Positions 45,014 to 58,196 are shown, numbered from the whole stretch's first letter. The stretch: DNA of 63,413 bases, filler included, from Basidioascus undulatus (GCA_000826855.1; 16 parts of 16 records of this genome joined end to end with filler, not necessarily neighbours in it); one strand, 5' to 3'. A program made the numbers and translations. Notes: generated by a model from the sequence alone, not told the origin.

Positions 45014-47442
45014 TCAGAGACTCTCTTGCAGAATGTCGCGCAGCACCTGCCGCCGTGCCGGCGTTCATCAGCACCTGGCCCTTGGAAACCTCGTCACTCT
45101 CGTACGCACCGGCCTATTCCTCAAGATCGCCTCCGACGTCACCTTCACGCGCTTCGGCGTCCTCTTCTTCGGCGTCTTCTCCGCGTCGCCCTCGTAGCCC
45201 TGGAGCTCCCTCTTCCTCGCGCGGACAGGCGAGCTGCCGAGCTGCTGCGCAGGCTCTGCCTTCACCGGCGTGGGCTCCCCGAACGCTTTGGCGTGCACGA
45301 GCTCGTCGCCCGGCGCGAGCGGGACGATCCACCCGCGCTCAGCCATGATGTCGAAGAACTCGGCGAGAAGCGGCGTGGAGGAGAGGGTGGAGCGCGAGCC
45401 GATGATGATGAGCTTTGCGCGCGCGCGCGTGAAGGAGACGTTGATCCGGCGCCAGTCGCGGAGGAGGTCGCCGATCTGGACGAGACTCAGTCATCAGCGG
45501 GGCGGCGAGGTTGAGCGAGAAGCGAAGACAGGAAGGCCTCACCTGGTTGTCCTCGTTCGAGCGGCACATCGAGATGAGGATGCAGTCCTTGTCGCGGCCC
45601 TGGCTGCGGTCGGCCGTGAGGATCTCGATACCGCGCCGGCCGTGGAAGAGCTGCGAGAGGAGCTTGAGCTGCTGGCGGTAGAGGGAGATGACGCCGACCT
45701 GGTCCTCCGTAACGCCGCAGCGCAGCAGCGTGTCGGCGACCTGTATGCACGCCGTCAATGTCAATATCATTTAGCACTCGCGGACGGTGGTAACGGAAGC
45801 GTACCTGGTTCAGCAGCTTCGCCTCCAGCTCGTTCTGAATGAGGTCGCCGGCTCGCGACTCCCGCGCGGGAAGCCCGTCCGTGTCGATGAAGACCGCTCT
45901 GCAGCTGCACAAGTCCCACCGCGACGTCAGCGGAAACGTTCTCCTCCTCAAGCCTTCCCAGCCCAGCCTTCCCAGCCCATCATCTCACTTCTCCCTCATC
46001 AGCCCCTCCAACCAGCTCTCCCCCGCACCCGCCCCCTCACGCGCCGCCTCCCTGAGGCAGCGCAACGGCGCCGCCGGGTCGGGCAAGCGGAGCGCGCGCT
46101 CTGCGATCTCCTTCGAGCCGCAGCGGAGGCGGCCCGAGTAGACGAGGCGGTTCGCGAGGAGCATGATGTCCTCCGCCATGCGGTACTGGTGCGTGAGGCT
46201 GACGACCGCGTGCGGGTGCGCCTCGGACAGGCGCTTGAACAGCGAGACGTCTAGCCCGCCGGCGCGCGCGTGCGGGTTGCGGACCTATCCGCCCCAACAA
46301 GGAAAGGACTATCAGCCGACTGAGGATTGTTTGAGGGAGGACAAGGAGGGAGGAAGGCGCACCAGCGGAGGAAGCTGGAAGTGGTCCCCGACGAGGACGA
46401 ACGTGTCCGCGAAGCGGAGCGGGCCGATGCACGTCGGGAGCGTCACCTGCGACGCCTCGTCGACGATGCAGTAGTCGAACTTGCGGCGGGAGAAGATCGG
46501 GCTGTGAGGATCCCACTCATGATCAGCCTCTGTCTGGGCTAACAACGGAAGTGCGTGGCACGCACTGATTGATCCCGAGGCATGTCGTCGCGACGACAGC
46601 GGGCTCCATGAGCTGCCGGTCGAGGATGTTCAGGTCTCCCGCCTTGCCCCCGGACCCGAGGGTAAGGTGCCGCACGTCCGGGTGGACCTGGTGCGGTGCG
46701 TCTCCTCCCGTCATCAGCATCCTGTACCCCTCCAGCTAAACAACCGCCCGAGTGCACCTTGTCGACCTGCCCCAGCCTGAGCACCCCAAACTCCGCGTCC
46801 CAAAGTTTGAGCAGAATCGTGTCGACTGCCGAGTGGGTATAGCTCGCGAGCAACACGCTCTTCCCCCTCCGCACCAGCTCGCGGATGATCTCCGCCACCG
46901 TCGTCGTCTTCCCCGTCCCGGGCATACCGAGGATGAGCGCGTAGTCCCTTGCAGCAAGGACCTTCTGCACCGCCGCCCTCTGATCCTCGTTAAGCGTTCC
47001 ACTGGGCGCGGGGGCGCCCACAACGCTCTGGTCGGCGAACTGCGGCTCCTCGAGGTCCACGATGAGCCGGCGGCGCTGCGCGTCTCCTCTCTCGCCGGCG
47101 TAGAACAGGCGCGCGAGCGACTCGCGCACGAGGCCCATCCCCCCGCTCAGCTCATCCCTGTCAATCCTATACCGCTGCGCCTCCCCGTCCCCGTGCTCCG
47201 CCTCCGGCCGCGCAGCCAGCACGCCGGTATTGAGCGCGCGCTCGAGGCCGACGACGACTTCGAAGGGGGAGAGGTCGAGCACGAACCCGCGCGCGAGTGC
47301 GAGCACGTCCGGCTGGACGGAGATGATTACCGCGTCGCCTTTGGCGATGTGCCCGTTGAGGAGCGAGGGGGAGGAAGAGAGGGCGCGGGCGAAGACGTAT
47401 GAGTGTCGGGCGGGGAGGGAGAGTGCGGTAAGGGAGGAAGGA
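45014..47442 (-). CDS. DNA2: DNA replication nuclease/helicase Dna2, C-terminal helicase part
   Basis: [97 protein letters not shown]. Confidence 0.95.
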
Positions 47443-48047
47443 NNNNNNNNNNNNNNNNNNNNNNNNNNNNNNNNNNNNNNNNNNNNTTAATTAATTAANN
47501 NNNNNNNNNNNNNNNNNNNNNNNNNNNNNNNNNNNNNNNNNNCTCCCTCGGTTGAAAGTAGGAGGGCAGGGCTGACTGGTAGGGTTTGATCCGGGAACAG
47601 CTGCAAGCCCGGCCTGAAGCCCGTCATGTCCTGGAACGAGGACAAGGAAGTGCACAGCTGCCACTGAGCCATGCCTGGACCAGGCGCAGCGGTGCCGTCG
47701 CTGGACGACGGGTCATCCGCACCTTCATAGATAGAGTACGTTCACATAGAGTTTTTATTTTTAACTATTATCATTACGTCCCTGTACAAAGTTTTATCGA
47801 AATGTCCATAGAACCACGTTGCGCATGACTCAACATTGGCGGCATGAAGAGTTTCGCCGCTGCGTGCTGCGCTGGGCAGTTTGCATTCACATTCTTCCCG
47901 CTTTCACCGAGTCCGAAAGCCAGCCACAACTTTGGGTGCTTTCTTAAATCAAATTAGAACATTCGCGTCTGTGAGAAATACATGAGTGCCGTGCGTGCTC
48001 TAGGCAGCTTGCATCCGACACATGACACGTCTCTTTTCGGATACTCG

Positions 48048-49304
48048 ATGGCTCCTTCATCACGTACAGTGACTTACATTCTCACTCAATATGTCCATCG
48101 AGCTCTCCTCCCCCCCACATGCACCTCGATCGGTATACCGGGGAGACATCTCCGCTTACGACCGCAGGGGCGTGGAAGTCGCAGGTGCGCACCTCTCGCT
48201 TGGGGGGAACGCAGCTGGTCGTCCCGTCCAGGCAACAGTCTCTCATAACCTCTGCAGGCGTTCTCACCCCCAAGCGCGCCTGGACGATTGAGCGGCTCTA
48301 CCGCGCCCTGAATCTGTGCTTCTCCTCATCGACCAACCACGACACCTGGTGGCTGGAGCGACGCGACGACCGCCTGCGGCTTGAGCGCGTTGCTGCGGGG
48401 AGCTCGAGTGTGCCGGTCATTGTCCCAAGGGAGAATACGAAGTCGTGGGTCCCGATGAGGCTTCCCCTGGTCTCTTACTACGCGAAACCTCTGAGCTGAG
48501 GCAGTGTGGTATTTCAAGACGGAGTGCTCGCGGTCTCGCTCACCACCACGATGTGTCGCTGTCGCCAGTTAACGGTAGCGCAGAGGTTCGTACTTCGGCC
48601 AACTCAGATGATGATCGGGCGGCTAAACTGCTTCAAGCACGATCCGGACCAGTTTACTCTGCGCGTTCGGGCGCGGGACGAGAAGTATGTAATTTCGGGG
48701 GAGACGCCGGCTGCGCCGTGGGACGGCGCAAAGGGGATTGGACGGCTCTGGAAGCAGTTCACATCGTCGAGCTCACGCTCCCGAACTTGGTGTGTCTTTA
48801 CCACTCATCCCTAAAGTCCTATCATGACGAGCGAAGTGCTGCGTTACTGCACTGAGTAGTTCCATCGCTTGTTCGCCGACAGCCTGTCCGACACCGACTT
48901 CCCTCTGGAGCAACCCATGAACAGCGTGCAGAACGGCATACTGCGCGACCGCACTCTCCGGGCATATTTCGAGAAATATTATCTGGCGATTTGTCCCTAC
49001 GTGCGTTCTTCTCCTGCGAAGTTCCCGCCAACGCATTGACGCTTTCGCGGGTCAGGACTCGTACCGTCTCGTCTTCTTCCGGCCCCCTCCTCGATTCGCG
49101 CACTTGGACGGGCAGCCCGCGCCCGGCTTCACGTACAGTCCGCACGTCAAGCCGTCCGAGCGTGTGAAGGACACAATGCTCGCTTGGCACTTCGAGCAAA
49201 TTGTCCTGCGAAGCATGCTCGGCTTGGGCCAGCGGTACAGAAACGAGCGACCAACACCACAAGGCACGATGAACTGCATTTACTTGCTCTCAAATTTAAA
49301 ATGA
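48048..49304 (+). pseudogene. Degenerate fungal HNH endonuclease (HNH_2-like)
   Basis: FTLRVRARDEKYVISG, then a frameshift to WTALEAVHIV, MNSVQNGIL, YFEKYYLAI and MLAWHFEQIVLRSM. The expected Cys (RC[V/C]ISG) and the final His appear substituted. Confidence 0.7.
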
Positions 49305-50207
49305 TCTTGGGATGTTCCCAAGCTAGCTAGGACCCCGTGAGAGAACAGCCTGCTGTGAACCGCGAGAGTCACCCCTTTGCGGCTTGCCGGCCTACAGTCA
49401 TCTGCTCCAAACCGCTCGCCCGACTGGCCTTGTCCACGCGCGCATCCATCGCATCAAACCGCTCTGCATCTTCTCGCCCGACATTCTCGATCGTGACCGC
49501 CTTGTCTTTGCTTTCTTTCCCCACGGAAATTCTCCGCAACGCACTGCCCACACTGGCAACATGCACCACCTTCTCCCAGACTTGTGTTCCGCTCAGGGAG
49601 CTCTGCGATGAAAGGTATCTAATCACCCGCCTGAATCGCCTCGGAGAACAGCCTGGGGAGGTTTGGTCCGTTAGAGGAGATGTGGACGGAGCCGGGGAGG
49701 AAGGCGTTCTTGGAGGGCGAGTTGGAGGCGAGGCTGTAGGCTTGTCGAGGGCAGGGGCGCATATGAGAACTCGACGTTTATGTCATAAGCTCTGAAGAAT
49801 CCCGGTTTCATGTCTGCGAAAACTGGAGAAGCTGTCGACGTTCACTGTGCGACCCCAGCCGTTTAGATTGCAGGACGCGGTCGTACATGAATGGCTGCGG
49901 ACTGGCCGTCGCTCCATGTTCGAAGCTCGACGGGCTTAGACAGTTGACCGTACGAGCACGATCGATCGAGTCGCACGCACGTCGCTCGTCCGCCGAAGGT
50001 CGAGGCAGTGCGAACCACCACATAGTGCCCGACCGACCGACCTTTCCAGCCGGATCGATCGAGTCGGAAGTCAGTTCCCCCTCACCCCCCTCACCCCAGC
50101 CATGAGCNNNNNNNNNNNNNNNNNNNNNNNNNNNNNNNNNNNNNNNNNNNNTTAATTAATTAANNNNNNNNNNNNNNNNNNNNNNNNNNNNNNNNNNNNN
50201 NNNNNNN

Positions 50208-51551
50208 GGGGGTGGGGGTCACGGCTACTACTACAGTTGTGGGTTGGCTGGAGGGAGTACGAGTTAGTGAGGGGTGATGGGAAGTGAGAGGTGGGCGGAT
50301 GAAGCGTACCCCTCCGAGTCGGTCGTTGGCTGTGCGCTAGTCTCCGAAGTGGGGGAAGGCGAAGAACTCGGCGAGGGGGACGAGGAAGAGGGCGAGAGAG
50401 ATGCGGAGGAAGTTGATGCTGGTGCAGAGGAGGTTGCGGAAGTGGATGTGGAAGAAGAGGCAGCGGAGGAGGAGGCAGGGCGGGCGGACGAGGACGTGGA
50501 CGGCGTGGCGCTGGAAGAGCCGGAGGAACGCGTGGGAGAGGCTGAGGAAGACGTGCGGACGCTCGAGAAGGAAGGGGAGGTGCGAGAAGTAGCTTCAGTG
50601 GAGGAAGAGGCGGAGGTGGGAGGGCCCGAGGAAGTCGTGGGGTTCGTGGAGGTCGTGGAGGACGAGGTTGGCGTGGCAGAGGTGATGCGGGACGTGGAGC
50701 GGTCTTCTGGATATCAGCATGTGAAGCGCACAGGAAATAGTGGATTAGCCGACGCACCAGATGTGGACGTTGGCGAGGCGGAAGAGGAGCGCGCTGCGGT
50801 GGATGAGGGCGTCGCAGAAGACGTCGCGGAATCTGCGAACGGGCGGTGAAAAGAGGTCAGCGCAGCGCACGAGAGGCGGTGTGTGATGTGTGTATCACAG
50901 ACTCGTCGAAGGTGTTGGGCTCTCAGAAGAGCTCGTTGGAGCGACAGACATCTCAGAGGACGTTTCTGAGGCGGCAGACGAGGTCGGGGAGGAAGTAGTC
51001 GGAGAGGCGGCCGTGGTGGCAGACGCAGAGGTCTCCGAAGGGAAAGCTGATCGGTGAGGCGCTTGAGCTGCGCCCGGATTGTAACGAAGGTCATGGATTG
51101 TAACGTACTGCCCGAAACGGAAACGGAGCTCGCAGCGCTCATAGAGAGGCTAGCAGTGCTCGAGAGGCTAGCAGTGCTCGAGCCAGAAGAAGACGTCTGC
51201 TCCTCGGACGCAGACGCAGATGTAGACGCAGTGCTGGAGGGCACTACCTCGGACGACGTCACGTCTGAGGACATCGCCGACAAAGAGACTGCTCGCCGCC
51301 GCATGCTCACGTGAGCATTGCTGCTCGTGCACCGGCTCCCTCTCCCATCCGCGATTTCCATCCAACACCGAACACCGCTGGCTCGAGCACAAAAAGGTAG
51401 ACAGGGGATATTCACCTGGACTAGCAGATACGGACGATGACTCGGACGGCGCCTCCGGTGCAGGCGCCGCTACGACCGCTGGGGCGGCGAGGAGCGCTGC
51501 CAGGAGTGAGAGGAGAAGGGCGCGCTTGAGCGTTGGTGGGGAGGTCGACAT
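50208..51551 (-). CDS. Secreted Ser/Thr-rich (cell-wall/mucin-like) protein, 3'-truncated
   Basis: Signal peptide MSTSPPTLKRALLLSLLAALLAAPAVVAAPAPE followed by multiple S/T/A-rich exons. An 18-bp in-frame tandem duplication (SSTASL x2) lies near 51143-51180. Confidence 0.75.
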
Positions 51552-52402
51552 CTGTTCTTCGTTCTTGCCATCAGCTTCCAAGCACCTCTTTGAAACCTAA
51601 GTGTGCTAACCCACGACTGAACCGAACTGCAGAGAACGACCACAGCCAGCGAGCGAGCGCGATGGGGAGGACGAGGTGAGAGACGAAGCAGGCGATTACG
51701 ACGAGCTTGTTGGGGATCCAAGATCGTTGAATTGCTCTGCCCCTGCTCGGCAGGACGGCAGAGGCGCGCGGTCCCTGAATTGATGATGTGCCAACGACAG
51801 CGATCAGTCTAACATCGGCGTTCACGAAGGAGCTCCGGGTCCGTGAGCGCGAGGGCGGGGAATGCAGCTCCACTCGCTGGGCGATGGGGAGGCACTAGGA
51901 TGTGATGGGCCGAGAGGATTGGCGATAGCGAGCACGAACATCCCAACGCTGGGTTAGACCATTCCTTTTCCTTCAGCGACGACTGGTGGTCTTCTCTGTC
52001 GTGCCATTGGACCGATGATTGGCGAGGCCGAGATTGGCTAAAGTGATCGTCGATAAATTGAAGGTGACGTCGGCCGAGCAAGGGAAGGAGGACGCTTGAG
52101 ACAACATGGCACGCGTTGCACGTTCGCTGAACGAGCGCGCTTGCTCGGGAGTGCACTTTTTCGGTGGTTGTTCTCTTCGGAGGATACAGTTTTACAGCAA
52201 CTATCAATTGTTCAAGGTCGGGAGAGCATCAGACCTCCAGTTCAACTAGTATGAGTGCGAAAAAGGGAAAGGGTTGCCTCAGCTGTGCCAACGCCGGGGA
52301 GGTATCCAGCAGTGCTACTGCTCGCTTTCACACCGCAGCCATCCCTGAGAAAGCGCGCACACCAACGTGCACTGTGCAATCCGCCTGATCCATCGACACC
52401 CC

Positions 52403-52772
52403 TTACGCGCCCCTCGCCTTCTTCCACTCCTCCACCCACTTCTTCTCCTTCTCCCCCTTCGGGAGCACCACGACATTCAGCGCGCCCTCCCTGAAAACCA
52501 TCCCGTCTCCCTGCTGCTTCCCTGTTGCCGCCAATACCTTGCCCAAGGTCAAGCCCTTCCCGACTTTCAACACGCGCCCCTTCGCCGTCGTCGCATAAAG
52601 CACCGCATTATCAAGCGCGTACTCGCCCGCTGCGTCCCACGGCGGAGGGGGGGAGAGGACGGGCGTGATCTGGTCTGCGAAGGTGGAGGAGGTGGAGAAG
52701 GAGGCGATGAAGTCGCTTTGCGGGCCGGGGGGCGCGAGGGGGTACAGGAGGAGCACGGGGAGGCAGAGGGGC
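52403..52772 (-). CDS. CNS1: Hsp90 co-chaperone Cns1/TTC4, C-terminal wheel domain
   Basis: PVLLLYP...QSDFIASF...TFADQI...PWDAAGEY...VLKVGKGLTL...VVVLPKG. Confidence 0.75.
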
Positions 52773-53509
52773 NNNNNNNNNNNNNNNNNNNNNNNNNNNN
52801 NNNNNNNNNNNNNNNNTTAATTAATTAANNNNNNNNNNNNNNNNNNNNNNNNNNNNNNNNNNNNNNNNNNNNAGCGGACCGGGGAGGTTCTCGGTGCATA
52901 GGTGGCGATGGCCATGGGCATGGGGGTCAAGCGGAACAAGCGCAGTTTGGTGGTGACCGAAAAGCAAAGGGATCCTCTTGGGTTATGTTTGTTGCGGACA
53001 AAGTAGTGGTTTGCCCCTTATTAGATGCACTGCAAGCACTTAAAGGAGTGGCGCGTTGGGAAGTGCTCGCTGGCGCACTGTTCCACCTTTGTTTCGTAGT
53101 TCCCGTGTATCGCAAGCATGTCTGCGGCAATTGAGTGTAATGGTTCCTTTTTTAAGGCAGCCTCTGAATTCTTAAAGGATCGTAGTGACAGTTTGAAAGG
53201 GATACGACAGGGGAGCGTACTGTAGCTGCTGACTTCTGGCAACTTGAAAGTATTCCCCTTGGTCCAGAGGGTCCTAGGAGGTACTTTACTAAAGCGAACA
53301 AACAGGGGTACAATACCTTAACTTTACCCGTTAGGATGGATGGCCTTATAGCAGAACCGTGCAGTGAGAGAAGCAACTCATCGGCTTGACGGGTGCCGCC
53401 GTTGAACCGGCTCCACATGGCAGCACCGATGACTGTGCGTGTCTGAAAAGCCAGCTATGCAGCATATACCGTCCTCTTCATCCTTTAATTATTCAGAACA
53501 AAAACTGGA

Positions 53510-55260
53510 ATGATCACCCACAACGTCTCTCCGACGCTTCCGACTGCTCTGGGCGACAAGGTCCGTGTCGATTTGCCGGCGATCGAGCTTTGGGTGAGTT
53601 CTGAGTGTCTTCCAGGTCCGCGGAGCTTCAAAAGAGTTGACAACTTACTTTTCTCCACGATTCTTCAGATAGAGTACACTGTACGCAGTTGGCATGCAAT
53701 GCTCGTGCACAGTCGGTAACCGACACTGACGACATCGCAAGTCCATTTGCTAGTCCTTGTCATTCCAGAAACTCTCGAGGTGAAGAAGCTGGCAAAAGCC
53801 TTGGCCGACACCTTTTCGTGTTCTCCGTGGCGGCAGGCAAGTTGCGGAAGGATCCAAAGCAGGAGACGTTCCATGTGCGCGAGCTTTTCCCAAACGTTCT
53901 GCTTTCTCGAAGATTTCTAACCCTGTGTAAGCCAGATGGCCCTCACCAACTCCTCTATTCCCCTAATTGACACCACCGGGACGGCCCTTCTGTGCTTCCC
54001 GGCCGAGAACCAGTTTGACCCGATCGTGCGCTACTTCGGCCAGCTCCAGCCGTACATCATCGATGCCTCGACGGGCGCCAGCGAGGGTCCTCTCCTAGTG
54101 CTGAAAGTCACGCAATTCTCGCGCAGGGGCGAGACTGCCTTGGGCGTCAGCCGGTCGCACTGTCTAGGTCGGTATCAGTCTCGAACGTCTTGCCTTGTAA
54201 CAAGCCTGCGGCTCAAACTCCCTTCTCAGGCGACGGGTTCACCCTCTTCCGCTTCCTCCGCACGCTCTCGAGCCTCTACCAGGGCCTGTCCATCCCCCTG
54301 CCGCGCCCAACTTTCGACAAGCAGTCTCCGGGCGCTCCTTCTCCTGAGGAATTCGCAGCCTTCCACCAAGAGATGGGCCACCTCCTCTCCGCTGCACCGC
54401 GCGATGCCATTATCCAGCAGTTCATGGCCGACTTCTCCACCTCGACTCAGGTCAACCTCCGCTTCACGGCCCCAGAGCTTATGACCTTTAAAGGAAGGGG
54501 CCGATGACGGCCGGACGCCAAGCGTGGCGACCCACGATCTCTCACAGCGTACATTTTCACAGCGCTCAATCGCGCCTTGCCGGACGACACCCATCCGATG
54601 CTCCGCATCTGCAACATGATAAACGTGAGTTCTTCTTCCCTTCACCCCACTTAATTACACATGAATACTCACTAACTGCTCTTTCACCACAGTATCGCGG
54701 CATCTCCCCCCCCAGCCTTCCCCACCGTAGCCAGCAACAACGCCTACATGCCTCGCTCAGCGCCCATCTCCGCTCCGCGCTCTCTACCCGTCGTGGCGTA
54801 TGCCATCCGGGACTCGCTCATCCTCTCTCGGAAGGAAGAGTACGCGACCGCCTGGCTCGCATGCTCTTCGGAGCTTATGGCCGGCATCGCTGCGCGAGGG
54901 GACTGAGTGTCGTTCAAGCCGCCTCCGGACTAGCTGAATACGAACTCAAACGTCAGTTGCGTCCTGAATCTTGGCGCCCTTCTTCCCTATCACATGACTG
55001 AATTCGTTCATTCCTACAGGTATGACTGGGTCGAAGAAGTCCACTTTGGGTATCCAGGCCGGACGCGGTTCTACTCCCAGCACCTCAGCAAGTGAGTGCT
55101 TCCAACGGCTTACTCACGAAGTTTCCACACTATTCACCATAGACGTTTTTTGCATGATCTGACAGAACGCACGATTCTTCAAGTTCAACCCCCGCCGTAT
55201 ACCTGACGGGACATTCGCTCCTCGCTCGGACGGCATCGAGGTGGCGCTGGCGACGTCGAG
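53510..55260 (+). pseudogene. BAHD/transferase-family (HxxxD) acyltransferase with frameshifts
   Basis: PLLVLKVTQF...ALGVSRSHCLGDGFTLFRFLRTLSSLY (HxxxDG); C-terminal YDWVEEVHFG (DFG-like). Frameshifts near 53815 and 54500. Confidence 0.72.
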
Positions 55261-56852
55261 GCTGCGTTGCTGGAATTGTTGCGAACGACAGGCATAGCGG
55301 TTTTTCTGACGTACAGTGACGGGCCCGCAAATTGCATATTTTGTGTTTGGAGGGGCGCAGTACCTCGATGCAGTCCGAATGTAGTAGGGTATCTATGGGG
55401 CATGGCAGGACGAAACACTGCGAAGACAAAAAGCNNNNNNNNNNNNNNNNNNNNNNNNNNNNNNNNNNNNNNNNNNNNTTAATTAATTAANNNNNNNNNN
55501 NNNNNNNNNNNNNNNNNNNNNNNNNNNNNNNNNNGATGGGATGAGCAAAGATGAGGAAAAGAACACGTGAAGTGAAATGAATTACATGATGCTGGATGTT
55601 TGAGGTGGTGGTGTGCCTACCTGCACAGAAGGAAGGACGGATGGATGAGGATGAGGACAAAGAACGCGGAGAGCGGAGAGCGGCGGAGAGCGCTCGATCG
55701 GCGGTCCTGATCCAGGGAAACGGTGCGAGAGAGAGAGAGCGAGCGTGTGCCCGGCTCGGGATGAGAGTCGGGTGTTTCGTAAGTGGTGCGTGAGCGCGGT
55801 GGGAATGGAAACGAGGCCCTCGTCGTCGGCGGCGGCGGCGGCGGCGAGGTGGATGATGACAAGACCTTGCCTGGTCGGCCTGATCGCGAGCGATTCGCTG
55901 AAACGCGGAGCGAAGGGACAGGTAGCGCAGGAGAACGGGACGCGTGCGGCGGGCGGCAAACAAGCATGATATCAAGCGCGGTGGGCTACGCGTCGGGGGT
56001 GTTTGGCTTGGACGGTAAAGATTTCTTCCAGGTTGGTATTATGGGGAAGATCTGGAAATTGAGTCGGACTGATACTTCGACAGTCTGGCCAGAGTTGCAA
56101 GGGTCCATCATCGACATTCGCAACGCGCAGAGCCCTGCGTCGCCTGTTCCAAACACCCTTCAACACGCCTTCCCGACTCTTCCGCACCCCTACTTCTAAT
56201 AACTCTGCTAAAGGTTAACGTGAACTCTGTCTGCTCTTCGGTAGAGACAAAGCGCTGAGGGTGAGGTGTAATGATGGTAGCGATGCCTGGAGTCCCCCGG
56301 TCGTAGTTACCTTACAGCTCGCCCTGAACAGACCTTCGTTGTTCACGCCCGCGGAAAACGGTATGTCTTGCCTGCCATGGAGAAGAACTACTTCAATTTG
56401 TATCATTCTCCTCAGTTCGGTGTGCAAATAGGGATTCATTTGTCAGTGTTAGGCCTGTACGCCTGTGGCTCACACGGAGAAGCGTGCTGCCTGCAACACG
56501 ACAGGACAAACACAGCTCCGAGGGACCGTTTGGTATCCTTTCTTACCTGCAGAATTGACTGTAAATAGTTCCCGTCTGACCGGCTCGAAAAATCCATAAG
56601 GCGCCCTCCGTGGTTCCCGTCAGCGGACGTTATGGTGTTCCACACCCAGGCATTATGTTCTGGATTCAAGGTCCGTTGAGGAATCAATAGTTTCGCCTCC
56701 TTTCACTCGATCAAGAACTCAAAACGCCGACATGTTTCCGTCATGGTCCCTTGCATCTCCTTCACCGGTCGTTTACCGAATGATCAGCGTATTCCCTCGT
56801 TTCCTCATTACACCATTCAGTCTTTAACGAACCCTCATATTTGATGAATGTC

Positions 56853-57314
56853 CTAGGTATGTGCCCACCCGATGAGCCATCCTCCGGCACCAGTACCGCC
56901 GCTCAATGGGTTGACGTACTTTTGGCCTAGTCCCTCCACTTTGAATTCCTCCGCACGCTCCCGGATCTCCTCAACCACCTCCGTGATGCCCACACCCTCG
57001 AACTTGACTCCCATCTCAGCACCCTCCACCTCCACCGAAGGCTGCACGCTCGACTCCCGGTGGATGGGCGACGCCTGCGTCGCGAGAACCTTGGTCAGGG
57101 GAAGAGCGTCCTTGAATCTCGCACCCGTGCCTGAGAGCTTCAAGTACCAGATGCTGGCGCGGAGCCGCTCGCCGCGGCCGATGGAGAGGTTGAGGAGGAC
57201 GCAGGGAAGTGGGCTCTTGTCTTTTCCACCCTCCATGAAAACATACACCGACCTCCGCAGGACATCAGATGAATTCCCTGAGCTGGCGCTTCCATTGACG
57301 GAGGTGTAAGACAT
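56853..57314 (-). CDS. Hypothetical ORF, 153 aa
   Basis: ATG-initiated open frame of ordinary composition; no recognised motif. Confidence 0.3.
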   Translation of the reverse strand: MSYTSVNGSASSGNSSDVLRRSVYVFMEGGKDKSPLPCVLLNLSIGRGERLRASIWYLKLSGTGARFKDALPLTKVLATQASPIHRESSVQPSVEVEGAEMGVKFEGVGITEVVEEIRERAEEFKVEGLGQKYVNPLSGGTGAGGWLIGWAHT

Positions 57315-57705
57315 GTTACGAGTGGTGGTGGTGGTGTTCCAGGGCAGACGTCGATGCGGTTGGAGAACGGCAGACCTTTCAGGGGTCCGTTTTGATTACC
57401 CGACACCGTTGGCTACCATTCGCTCCCTTTCAGCCGATAGGATTGATCTTGGAAAGTTTACTTAGTTTATCTCACAAGAAAATGCGTCCATGAAGCTCTG
57501 TCGTGGTTCCCACTCGATGCTCCCATTCCCCCGCTCGCCCGCCTATCCTACCCCCGCAAGCTAAGTTACATGCAGGAAAGAATTTTCGAGGCTTTTTTGC
57601 CCCAGCGCCAGAGCTGAATGTACAGTTTGGAGAGCACGGCTCGTCCTGTAAGTTGGGTCCCCTGAGGATTTCGATTCCTATGAGAACCACTGTGTCTGCA
57701 GACAA

Positions 57706-57777
57706 GCAGCAGTAACTCAGTGGTAGAGTGTCAGATTGCAAATCTGGAGGTCCCCGGTTCGAAACCGGGCTGTTGCT
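57706..57777 (+). tRNA. tRNA-Cys(GCA), intronless
   Basis: Acceptor GCAGCAG/CTGTTGC with T discriminator; anticodon arm TCAGA-TTGCAAA-TCTGG; T arm CCCGG-TTCGAAA-CCGGG; followed by an oligo-T Pol III terminator. Confidence 0.95.
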
Positions 57778-58025
57778 TTTTGGTGGCAGTTGTGCCTTAG
57801 GTGTAGATGACGTGGCTCAGTGTCGTTGCTCAAGATCCGTAATTCCCTTCTCTTTTACATTACATGGAATGTGCAAAAGCGGTCCTGCAGGCAACATAAG
57901 AAATAATGCCTGTGGAGTGCTTGAAATCCAGTTGAGTGCAGGCACCGGGTCGTTCGCCATGGCATTGCCACTGCCTGTCCTATCTTGCGGCCCAACGGAC
58001 CAAAAGTGAAGGGTGATGTTGCAAA

Positions 58026-58096
58026 AGCAACAGCCCGGGTTCGAACCGGGGGCCTCCAGATTTGCAATCTGACACTCTACCACTGAGTTACTGCTG
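58026..58096 (-). tRNA. tRNA-Cys(GCA), second copy, first base lost at contig end
   Basis: Reverse complement is identical to the 57706 copy except for 2 substitutions (variable loop T>C, T-loop A>C). Confidence 0.93.
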
Positions 58097-58196
58097 NNNN
58101 NNNNNNNNNNNNNNNNNNNNNNNNNNNNNNNNNNNNNNNNTTAATTAATTAANNNNNNNNNNNNNNNNNNNNNNNNNNNNNNNNNNNNNNNNNNNN

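Noticed and set aside
50274..50849. Glu/Val-rich 191-aa ORF on + strand
   Set aside because: It is the antisense mirror of the Ser/Thr-rich exons of the secreted protein on the minus strand.
55960..56850. Possible transposon or retroelement next to the tRNA-Cys genes
   Set aside because: I could not recognise RT, integrase, transposase, LTR or TIR motifs in any frame.
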